This document shows positions 22,905 to 33,639 of a stretch of DNA of 40,708 nt, in pieces. The stretch covers positions 1-40,708 of the forward strand of contig JAUCBJ010007956.1 in the NCBI GenBank assembly GCA_032718475.1. The letters run 5' to 3'. Both the position numbers and the translations under genes were made by a program. The notes beneath the pieces are model-generated. The model ran no database searches. It had not been told where the DNA came from and saw only the letters and a program-made list of their open reading frames with translations. The DNA comes from Nemertoderma westbladi (lineage: Eukaryota; Animalia; Xenacoelomorpha). How positions within the stretch are numbered: the stretch's first letter is position 1; each line of letters starts with the position of its first letter.

Positions 22905-23680
22905 ACAGTTGATTTCAACATGCCTATGCCAAAACATTCCAAATTTGTTGATTTCTGGACTGTCGGACAGTTGATTTCACTATGCCTGTGCCAAAACATT
23001 CTAGATTTGTTGATTTATTGACGGTCAGATAGTTTAATATACAATAATTGTGGCAAAACATTCAAAATTCCATGATTTATGGACTATGAGATAGATTTCC
23101 ATATGCGCCTGTGGTAAAAGACTCTAAATTTAATATAGTTTGTGGTTGTTGTCGATAGTCAATTACCATATGACGTAGCAAAGCACTCATTTTATAGCCA
23201 AAAACAATTACCAATTGATGGAAAGGAGCAGGTTAAGGCCGGATTTTCTAACCAAAACAATAAACAGTCACATTACCAAATGAAGGAAAGGAGCAGGTTA
23301 CAGAGGCGGGGCTTTCTAACCAAAACAATAAACGGTCACTTTACCAAATCAGGGAAATGAGAAGGTTACAGAGGCGGGATTTTCTAACCAAAACAATAAA
23401 CACAGTCACTTTACCAAATGAAGGAAAGGAGCAGGTAACAGAGGCGGGCCTTTCTAACCAAAACAATAAACGGTCACTTTACCAAATCAGGGAAATGAGA
23501 AGGTTACAGAGGCGGGATTTTCTAACCAAAACAAAAAACTATCCAATAACTAATTGAGGAAAAACGAGCAGGTTACAGAGGCGTGATTTTCTAACCAAAA
23601 CAATAAACAGTCACTTTACCAAACGAAGGAAAGGAGCAGTTTACAAAGATGGTCTTTTCTAACCAAAACAATAAACAATA
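22905..23680. repeat. Composite tandem array: decayed ~61-bp units followed by ~7 units of ~68 bp
   Basis: CTAACCAAAACAA recurs at 23248, 23316, 23384, 23454, 23522, 23591, 23659; a related single unit lies at ~9377-9440 and ~15594-15657. Confidence 0.85.
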
Positions 23681-23776
23681 ACATTAAGCCGGGCGCGTAT
23701 TCCCAATCCTTACACTACTAGGAACACCTCTTGCATTAACACATGGGATTGGTTAATGAACTATTATTTGATTGGA

Positions 23777-24902
23777 CGTTGAAATCATGTAAGGAATGGA
23801 GAAAGGGGTCGAACTAGTGTAGGCCCCTAATGGGTTTATACTCAGTTGGCTGGTAGAAAGTGTTCCAAACGCTGTAAGGAATGGAGTAAGTGGGTGAAAT
23901 CATGTAAGGTTTATTATCTGCCCATTAAACGGTTCATTGTCAGGTGACTTAAAAAAAATGTAAAAAATAGTAAAAAATAGCAGTATACATATATTTAGAG
24001 TGGAAATAATGTTGTATAAGGAATCGTTTTACACACGATTTACTCCTTGACTTTTCCGATCGATACTGATCCTCACAGCAAAAACAATGTTGTGACGGGA
24101 TCCAAGAGGATCCCGGTTTATCCGGTGTTGTTTCGTACGCGTCAGCCGCACCGTGTGATAGAAAAGGAGTTTGTTGTTCCAGTATAGATATAATGTATAG
24201 ATATGTAGGTATGATAACAGATAGCGCCAATGACTGAATAGATGACCGGTAATATGGGTGACGGCGGTGACGGTCTTGACTGTCACCGTACTACCTGACT
24301 GTACTGGGATAACTACTACAATGACGTGGTGACAGGTAATATATACGGCACGGGTTGGCCTCATTGCATTACCCAGTCGATGCTTCCCCCCTGATTGGCT
24401 AATATCCTTGTTGGCACCCTTTGGAGTGTTTCCGTTCACTCCAGCTATTCCCTCTCTGTTAGGGGTTTGGCCCCTGACCCTCATTGTGTGTTTCTCCTTC
24501 CCATTTTGTTGGGGTGACACGAGTTATTGGTTACCCAATCTCGTGGCCCCCAATATTGCTTAACGGTTGACTTTATGGGTTCGTGTTAGCGGAATTGGAT
24601 AAGCTAACAAATGTCAAGCAAAGGAATGTATCCCTAGACACTAGTATAGCTAATGTTCTAATTGTTTTAGCTTACTCATGCAGCCCTGTATAAACCATTA
24701 CGCAATGTTCTACTGCCTAGAATAATATCACATGTTAGTCTAAGTCTACTCTTCTAATACTGTTATATAATAACCCTTACATGAATTCACCCAATTTCTC
24801 CATTCCTTACAGTAGTGTTTGGAACACTTTCTACCAGCCAACTGAGTATAAACCCATTACACTAGTCCGACCCCTTTCCCCATACCTTACATGATTTCAA
24901 CG
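23777..24902. mobile_element. Non-autonomous element with ~135-bp inverted repeats
   Basis: CGTTGAAATCATGTAAGG...TAATGGGTTTATACTCAGTTGGCTGGTAGAAAGTGTTCCAAAC at ~23777-23917 is inverted at ~24768-24902; the right end abuts an L2 tail; no TSD identified. Confidence 0.75.
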
Positions 24903-24904
24903 CA

Positions 24905-26850
24905 TTTATAATAATAATAATAATTTATAGAGCGCCTTTCTGGGCATTATTTCAAGGCGATATAAAAAATATCACAATATAAAATTTACTGAATTAAAAA
25001 CAAAGACAACGCTAAAAAAAGGAAAGAGTTAAAAAGAGATGTTCTCTGTGAGTTAGATGACATATTCCTGTTTAAAAAGATGTGTTTTGAGTCCCGTCTT
25101 GAAGGCATTTAATGTTGGCGAACGTCGTAAGTTGAGGGGTAGAGTGTTCCATACTGCAGGAGCAGCGATGGAGAATGCCCGTTTCCCATAGTTTTCCAGG
25201 CGATACCGGGGGACGACTAGCAGCCCTGCATCACGGGATCGTAACTGGCGAGGGGGGTCGTAAGGCGTCAGTAGGTCTACCAAATATGATGGAGCACAGC
25301 CATTAAGACATTTGTATGTTAGTAGAGCTATTTTAAACTGAATGCGGCGATTAATCGGAAGCCAATGCAGGTCTTTAAGGACTGGAGTAATGTTATCTCT
25401 CTTCCTAGTACCAGCCAGCATTCTGTACGTATTGTAATTTCTTTATGAACTTAACTGGCAGACCATACTAGAGGGAATTGCTGATGTCCAGTTTGCTTGT
25501 CACTAGGGCATGGATCAATATTTCGAGGTCGTGTCTTGACAAATACCGTTTTATCTTTGATATATTATTACGTAATTGAAAAAATGAATCACGTACTGTT
25601 GCTGCAATTTGTTTTGAAAATGTTAAGTGTGAGTCCATAACAAACCCAATATTGCGTGCATGCGTGCTAGTCACTATTGTGTCAGCACCACATTGAACTG
25701 TCGGAGGGACTACGTGGCATCCGAAACGATTCTGCAATAGGAGTAACTCGGTCTTATCATCATTCATCTTTAATAGGTTAGACCTCATCCATGTCTTTAT
25801 GTCACGTAGACAATTCTCAGTATCTCCAACTGCTGATTCTATACATTCAGGCTTAAAGGCAATATAGATTTGTGTGTCATCTGCGTAAAGGTGGTAGGTT
25901 AGACCGTTCTTTCTTATAACAGTTGAAAGACTGCGAGTGTATATACTAAATAGAAGCGGCCCCAAAACGGAGCCTTGGGGCAAGCCATATTTAAAGGCTT
26001 TGCGCTTTGAGTAAGATCGACCAATGCGAACTTCCTGCGTACGATCGGATAAATACGATATAAACCATTCTAGGGCATTCCCAGTTACTCCAATCTCGAA
26101 TTCCAGAATGTGCAACAGTTTACTAGGTTCTACTGTATCAAATGCAGCACTAAGGTCAAGCATTAGCATAAGTACAGCCGATCCGTTGTCGATTTCCCTC
26201 GGAATCCCATCAGTCACAACTAGTATAGCAGTTTCGGTGCCATGGTATTGGCGGTAGGCACTTTGCAAGGGTTCATGAAGTCCATTTCAGTTCAGGTGAG
26301 TTGGATAGATACCACTTTCTCAGAGAGTTTTGCGATGTACAATAGATTTGAAACAGGCTGAAAATGTTTTAAGTAGATTCCGGTGAGATTTCAGAGAATC
26401 GTTGTAAAGGATCACCTTAACTAAATGGAATCTTAATGTCAACATGTGGATCGGATTGCGCACAGGTGGCAACGGGTGGGTTAACGTGCAGATGCGGGTC
26501 TCCTCGTTGGTTACAACAAGGCACACTTTTAGTAACCACCTGCTCAGTCGTTAAAGTTTCACGTATATCATTAATTTTCTTGTGTCAAAATAGTCGGCAA
26601 ACATATTTGCCAGCTGAAGGTCTGAGTCATGAGTCAGGAGTGTGCTGCTGTTGTGTCTGTAGAGAATTTTGTTTGCCACAGAAAACAGTGTTTTCTGATC
26701 TCCTGAATTTTCATTAATAATATTTCTATAAAAAGATTCCTTTGCTGAAATGATTGTGTCCACCACCACTTTGCATTGCTGTCTATACAATATACAGTCA
26801 ACACTTAGTTTGGACTTTCTATATCTGATTTCTAAATCATTTCATGATTA
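24905..26850 (-). mobile_element. 5'-truncated, disrupted L2-clade LINE
   Basis: LDLSAAFDTV, GLPQGSVLGP, YADD, LHWLP, RAFSIAAPAVWNTLP, FKTGLKTHLF; 3' end GGCGCTCTATAAAT(TAT)n. Confidence 0.92.
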
Positions 26851-26899
26851 CGCTTTCCATATGTTGGTTGCCGGGAAAGTAGATCTGGTATGAATTCAT

Positions 26900-27017
26900 T
26901 TTTACTTCTCCAGCAGTGCCTTTCACTGTTTTACTTCTCCAGCAGTGCCTTTCACTGTTTTACTTCTCCAGCAGTGCCTTTCACTGTTTTACTTCTCCAG
27001 CAGTGCCTTTCACTGTT
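26900..27017. repeat. 29-bp minisatellite x4
   Basis: TTTTACTTCTCCAGCAGTGCCTTTCACTG x4. Confidence 0.95.
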
Positions 27018-27749
27018 CTAGAAGCGTTAAAATCAAATTTATTCCGTTATTATCTACTCAGATTTATTTTTACAACAATTAATTATACATTAGTATAATA
27101 ATAACCGCGATTTCTCTACATTCTACGCATTATTAAAGAAATATTAATGAATGACGACATCGGGTTGACCGGTGCCGCCCACTCACTGTAACTCACTCGC
27201 ACGAAAATGGCGTCATCATCATTATAAAAACGATGGAAATAAATGAGATCGTTAATCACGCTATTATCCACGATAACTCGACCATATTATGTTCTCATTT
27301 GTATATCCAATTTAAGAACAACCCGCTGTGGTTCTATTTATCAGCTCATGTAGTGTGATAAGTAGGCTTATCCTCTGCAGTTTATTAGGAACCGACAGGT
27401 TACTTTCTGTAAGAATTGTTTGCTGATGAGAAGGACGATGGCTGTCACCGCATGTACTGTTGCTGCGTTGACCGCCTCGAACCACCCAACACCCTCCACT
27501 CTGTCAAATCACTGCGAAATGTCGCACAAGATCGAAAACATCGGGAACACGAATGCAACTAGTGAAATGTGCCAATGATTTAAAAATGTTGCTATTTTTA
27601 TTTTCATCAAAATTATTTGCGTATAACATCAATAATTAATATGCCTATTTGTGTTATATTTATTTATAATAATATTAATTTAAAATTTTTTAATTTGTTT
27701 TGTTTAGACATGCATACCGTATTAGAATATTAAAGAAAGGGAATTTCAT

Positions 27750-28170
27750 CTGAAAAAAGATGCGATTTGAAATTTTCTAAAAATTATTTTCGGTTTTTAA
27801 TTACAGCTACTTAATTAAAGTTAAGTAAACTGAATTAAATTAAAGTCACTTGGAATTGCGTCCCAGAGTATCGGCCCAGAATACGCTATTGATCTCTGTC
27901 CTACGATTAAATTTTTGCGTTGTATAAAAAATTTATTTTCAGACACCGACCTCGTTTGATGCGTGTGGCTAAAACCCAGAGCGTTTGAAGAATCTTGACA
28001 GCCCAGAATTGTCGCATGCATGATATATATACCCTGCATAAATGACGCTAAGAAAGAGCTGCTTTGACTATCGGAATACGTTATGCAACGCAAGATCTAT
28101 TCTTACTCAAACTTTGGCAATTAGTGTGCTGCAAGCTGAACCCCAACTTATCAAACAGTAATTTACATAA
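27750..28170 (-). mobile_element. C-terminal ORF2 remnant of a CR1-group (Crack-like) LINE
   Basis: YCLISWGSA and HTHQTRS...RSIAYSGPILWDAIP; boundaries approximate. Confidence 0.7.
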
Positions 28171-28931
28171 GGATGCACAAGGGTGAAATAGAGAGTGTAC
28201 GTGAAACTTTTTGACTGAAAATCCGTCTTAATTTAAAGAAAATTCCTGTTTTTTTTTTATATTTTTGATAGGATGTGGTCTATATGTGGTTTCCAATTTA
28301 CTTTTTGATCCAGTAGAACTCCAAGATATTTTATGCTATTATAGCCATATAATTATGCTATTTCATTATTTCATTATTTCATTATTTAATAATAAATAAT
28401 ATTTAATAATATTTAATAATAATATTTAATCTATTTCATTATGCTATTATTATTATTATATTATTATTATAATTATTCTATTATAATATTATATTATTAT
28501 TATATTATTATCTATTATAATAAGTCAATATATTGACTTGGTTTAGAATGGTATTGCCACACTAATTTTCGCATTTGTATTTTCGCTTCGGCTCCCCTGT
28601 GCTACTCCCGTAGTTATGGTACGCTCTGCAGATGATATGCCACCGATAGAAAGAATAGTTTTGTAACAAAGCAAATGGCTTTCCACGCACACCGTAAAAT
28701 TATAATTTCTTTAAATGAGTATCTATATTAAATAGTAATTATACATTTATTATAGGAAGGGATCTAGGGGTCTTAACCTCGAATGATAAGTTTGTTTTAC
28801 CGAAAATAACTTATCTTTTATTGGCGCAATAGTAGGACTAATCCCATCACATGCGTACTTTTTAACCGGGTAGTGTACAAATTTAAGAATCGCGTAATTT
28901 TTCTTGAAATTAATATCTCATATCTCTCCAA

Positions 28932-28974
28932 ACCACGTACGCGTTTCGACCTTACTGGGTCTCATCAGCGTGGT
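28932..28974 (-). ncRNA. Minimal type I hammerhead ribozyme, intact core
   Basis: ACCACG-CTGATGA-GACC CAGTAA GGTC-GAAA-CGCG-TA-CGTGGT; predicted cleavage after GUA at 28938. Confidence 0.9.
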
Positions 28975-29035
28975 GTCGGATTCGAACCTGGGACCTCGAG
29001 GTGGAAGCCGAGACTACAACGACTAGGCCACAGGT
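28975..29035 (-). promoter_or_regulatory. tRNA-derived Pol III promoter head (A box TGGCCTAGTCG, B box GGTTCGAATCC)
   Basis: A box at 29020-29030, B box at 28978-28988; the imperfect stem-loop CTCGG-CTTCCAC-CTCGAG between them resembles an anticodon arm (TCC). No acceptor stem, so not a tRNA gene. Confidence 0.75.
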
Positions 29036-29345
29036 TCTTGAGATATGGAGTATTAACTTCAAAGCCAGCTGCCATTTTATTAGCCCCTGATTTTTTGATT
29101 ATTGATAGTAACAATGTGTTGGCAAGCTGTATTTTTCGAGGTGTTTGTTATTATACATTTTTATTATAGGAAGGGATCTAGGGGTCTCAACCTCGAATGA
29201 TAAGTTTGTTTTACCGAAAATAACTTATCTTTTATTGGCGCAATTGTAGGACTAATCCCATCACATGCGTACTTTTTAACCGGGTAGTGTACAAATTTAA
29301 GAATCGCGTAATTTTTCTTCAAATTAATATCTCATATCTCTCCAA

Positions 29346-29388
29346 ACCACGTACGCGTTTCGACCTTACTGGGTCTCATCAGCGTGGT
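29346..29388 (-). ncRNA. Minimal type I hammerhead ribozyme, second tandem copy
   Basis: Identical to 28932-28974; predicted cleavage at 29352; preceded by a 5'-truncated tRNA-like head (29389-29439). Confidence 0.9.
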
Positions 29389-29734
29389 GTCGGATTCGAA
29401 CCTGGTACCTCGAGGTGGAAGCCGAGACTACAACCACTAACTATAATAAATGTATAATAACAAACACCTCGAAAAATACAGCTTGCCAACACATTGTTAC
29501 TATCATTAAATAGTAAATGAGTATAAATGAGTATCCATAAAATCCTTTTTTCACATACCGAACGCTGATAAGTTGACAAAATGTAACAAAATTACATACA
29601 TCATTGCTTGCAAAGGTCACTTTTCATCGTTAAAGACCCTTGTTTATTTATGTAAACCTCCCTCGTTTCGCTCGCTCGGTACATAAATAAACTCGGGTCA
29701 TAACGCTGCAAAGAGCTACTTTGCACACAATGAT

Positions 29735-32020
29735 GTAAATAGTTATTATGGTCAATCGAATCAAATGCCCTTTCCATCCATAAAAATGGCACATGCGGTA
29801 TCTTTTGAATTTAAACAGTCTACGGATTTGTTCTGTGACAGCCAATATGTGACAGCCTTGCGAAAACCAAATTGTTGGTCACATAGGAGACGTTGGAAAC
29901 TATAACACATAGGAGACGTTGGAAACTATAACACATAGGAGACGTTGGAGACTATAACACATAGGAGACGTTGGAGACTATAACACATAGGAGACGTTGG
30001 AGACTATAACACATAGGAGACGTTGGAGACTATAACACATAGGAGACGTTGGAGACAATAACACATAGGAGACGTTGGAGACTATAACACATAGGAGACG
30101 TTGGAGACTATAACACATAGGAGACGTTGGAGACTATAACACATAGGAGACGATGGAGACTATAACACAAAGGAGACGTTGGAGACTATAACACATAGGA
30201 GACGTTGGAGACTATAACACATAGGAGACGTTGGAGACTATAACACATAGGAGACGTTGGAGACTATAACACATAGGAGACGATGGAGACTATAACACAA
30301 AGGAGACGTTGGAGACTATAACACATAGGAGATGTTGGAGACTATAACACATAGGAGACGTTGGAGACTATAACACATAGGAGACGTTGGAGACTATAAC
30401 ACATAGGAGACGATGGAGACTATAACACAAAGGAGACGTTGGAGACTATAACACATAGGAGACGTTGGAGACTATAACACATAGGAAACGTTGGAGACTA
30501 TAACACATAGGAGACGTTGGAGACTATAACACATAGGGGACGTTGGAGACTATAACACATAGGAGACGTTGGAGACTATAACACATAGGAGACGTTGGAG
30601 ACTATAACACATAGGAGACGTTGGAGACTATAACACATAGGAGACGTTGGAGACTATAACACATAGGAGACGTTAGAGACTATAACACATAGGAGACGTT
30701 GGAGACTATAACACATAGGAGACGTTGGAGACTATAACACATAGGAGACGTTGGAGACTATAACACATAGGAGACGTTGGAGACTATAACACATAGGAGA
30801 CGTTGGGGACTATAACACATAGGAGACGTTGGAGACTATAACACATAGGAGACGTTGGAGACTATAACACATAGGAGACGTTGGAGACTATAACACATAG
30901 GAGACGTTGGAGACTATAACACATAGGAGACGTTGGAGACTATAACACATAGGAGACGTTCGGGACTATAACACATAGGAGACGATGGAGACTATAACAC
31001 ATAGGAGACGTTGGAGACTATAACACATAGGAGACGTTGGAGACTATAACACATAGGAGACGTTGGGGACTATAACACATAGGAGACGTTCGGGACTATA
31101 ACACATAGGAGACGTTCGGGACTATAACACATAGGAGACGATGGAGACTATAACACATAGGAGACGATGGAGACTATAACACATAGGAGACGTTGGAGAC
31201 TATAACACATAGGAGACGTTGGAGACTATAACACATAGGAGACGATGGAGACTATAACACATAGGAGACGTTGGAGACTATAACACATAGGAGACGTTGG
31301 AGACTATAACACATAGGAGATTATTTTAAGAGATGAAAAAAGATTATTGTTTGTTTAGCTTTATCTTCTCGTAAATTTTGCTAACGACTGGTTGTAAGGA
31401 TATTATTGGTCGATAATTACCTGGGTCGAGGGGATCTCCACTCTTAAATATTGGTGAAATTCGTGCCAATTTGAGAGCATCTGGAAAAACAGATTCCCAT
31501 GAAAGATTTATTAGGTCCCGCAGATGGTGAGATAATATTTTAGATCCTATTTTTATTAGACGAATTGGAAGTTGATCATTAGACGAGGAATGTTCATCTA
31601 AATGGAGAAGATGATATTGCACCTCAACTGCCGTGGTGTCGTCTACCAGGGAAAATGATTTTGAGGGAGATTTAATTCCCTTTATCATCTTTATCGGACA
31701 AAATTTCGGTAACTCATTGTCTAGTAGTACGCTACCCAATATCAACGAAAAAATTGTTAAAAGCATCAGAGATTAAGATAGGATTGTCATTGATCGATTT
31801 CAACCCATTCTCGTAAACGTTTAATTGTTTTGGTCGAGATTGAGATTGTTTTTTGGAAATTACTGAATTTATTACATTCCAAGTGCGATTCATATTAGAA
31901 CCGCATTCGTTAAATTTTTCATATAATATGACTTGTCTGCAATAATTCTTGATAATTTGGACAAATTGTTCCTATATTTACGATATTTTTTATGTAAATG
32001 CATATTTTTGCATGACAAAT
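29735..32020 (-). mobile_element. Decayed CR1-group (Crack-like) LINE RT region, interrupted by the 26-bp minisatellite
   Basis: FPDALKLARISPIFKSGD..NYRP..SKIYEK in 31344-31766 continues across the array as NNLLCDQQFGFRK and AFDSIDH. Confidence 0.8.
29880..31320. repeat. 26-bp minisatellite, 55 copies plus 11 bp
   Basis: CACATAGGAGACGTTGGAGACTATAA units with scattered single-base variants; 1441 = 55x26 + 11. Confidence 0.98.
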
Positions 32021-32039
32021 ATCGACAATATCAAAATAT

Positions 32040-32100
32040 CGGGGGGCAATTGTCCGGGGGCAATTGTCCTTGGGAGGAAATTGTCCGGGTGGCAATTGTC
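32040..32100. repeat. GGCAATTGTCC short repeats, probable DNA-transposon subterminal remnant
   Basis: Four G-run plus (C/A)AATTGTC units; no partner end seen. Confidence 0.5.
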
Positions 32101-33639
32101 GTTAACCCCAAAGGAGCCGTTAGGATGGCCAAGGATCCTCAGGCTATGGAATATTGTGGTCGCACTGCTCCTACCGGTACAGCGGCTCCAGGACGGCAAC
32201 AATAACCTTGTCGAGTCACACAAGACCATCCATCCGGCGGGCTGATATGCGATATATATAAGCGAGGCTAATGGGGGCGTTTCACAATCTCGATTCTCTA
32301 CTGTAAACACTCTTTAGTAGTAACATTGATCGATAAACACACATACGTGTCAACCAACATTTTGCACATTTACGCTCACTTTTCCGTTATTCACAATGTT
32401 CACAATATTCACATATTCACAATGTCACGGTGTTGTTGAGTAGCCTTGGATACTACACTCAATGATGCTATTCAATGAAACAACATTCTCTCTATTGTTC
32501 TTTTGTTCTAATTCTTTCTAGCGTTTTTGTTTCTATGTTGACATTTTGCAAAGCTAGCGGTAGAATTAGAATATGTTTCATGCAAGCAGATCTGGTATGT
32601 TATTTGATAGTAACTCTTTCGGCTATATTTACTCTTTTTATTAATGATTTTTATTATTTTGATTTTTATTATTTTAATAGCTTGATTAATTAAATACAAG
32701 CCAGGGAATTTTAATAAATTTTAATGGAAGAAGCAAGCGCCGCTCCCGTGACTTATTTTATCTTAAATTTTCGGGATTTTTAAATAAATGTCTTTTAAAT
32801 TTATTTTAATCCATGAGGGTGCATGAATCAATAAAAATATTCCCGTAAAATTTATTTTATTTTGTTTATTTATTCCAGAACATGTCTGGGGACGTTAAAC
32901 AACAATTCTAGAAAATTTGTCCTTTAAGTATATCTGTGAGTTCCACGATATCTTAATCAACTAGATTTTCAATTGGTTAAATATTTTAACAGATTTACTG
33001 TTATACGGACATCTCCTACTATACGTAATATTTTAGGCCTAAGGTATACGAGCAATATCGCACGAAGCAATGTCAGTGAGAAGAGGCAAGTCGTTTCCAA
33101 GGTCTACCCAGAGCTTGGTTTAGCCGAGACACGAGGATCTGAACTTTGCGAGATTCCCATTATTTTACTTAACCAAATAGTACCTAAAGCATAGCAGGTT
33201 CTTAGGTAATAGTGACAATAGGTCACAAGACATATTAATAATACTTACAATATAAATTGCAGTAATAACATTTCTCACTGTCGGCTTAATATTTAATTAA
33301 GCCGATAGGACAGTGAGACCAAGGTATGGGTTCCTATAAATAGGAAAGATTTCTCTTACTGGGGCCGATAATTAATTGAATATATTCGGGCAGGAAGATC
33401 AAAGAGAAAGTGAAGTTATTTCTAACTATAATATAAAACAATATGAATATTATAATAACTAATTTAATTCGTAAATATGTTTTGTATATAAGTTATTGCA
33501 CTAAACTACAAAATAATTACACTTGTAATTATTCTACTAAATTATAAAATAACGAATTAGATAAAAATAATTAAAGTAATATAAAATTACTTAATACAGC
33601 ATACATAGGAAATATAAAAAGGGACATAAAGACAATATG

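Larger units (their letters stand above)
28739..29504 (-). mobile_element. Retrozyme/SINE-like insertion: ~1.7 tandem copies of a 414-nt unit (tRNA-like head, hammerhead, AT-rich body) plus an inverted end segment
   Basis: Direct repeat with period ~414; 29441-29505 is the reverse complement of ~29104-29169; ATTAAATAGTAA flanks both sides (28727-28738, 29505-29516). Confidence 0.85.

Noticed and set aside
28975-29035. tRNA-Gly(TCC) gene
   Set aside because: No acceptor stem and an imperfect anticodon stem; it is the head of a repeated element.
29880-31320. CRISPR-like array (also considered for 21655-21888 and 1-652)
   Set aside because: Units are head to tail with no unique spacers, there are no cas genes, and the context is eukaryotic.
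31990-32310. ORF containing DCET as an alternative cystine-knot exon
   Set aside because: No CxGxC motif or matching cysteine spacing; exon 39508-39681 fits completely.
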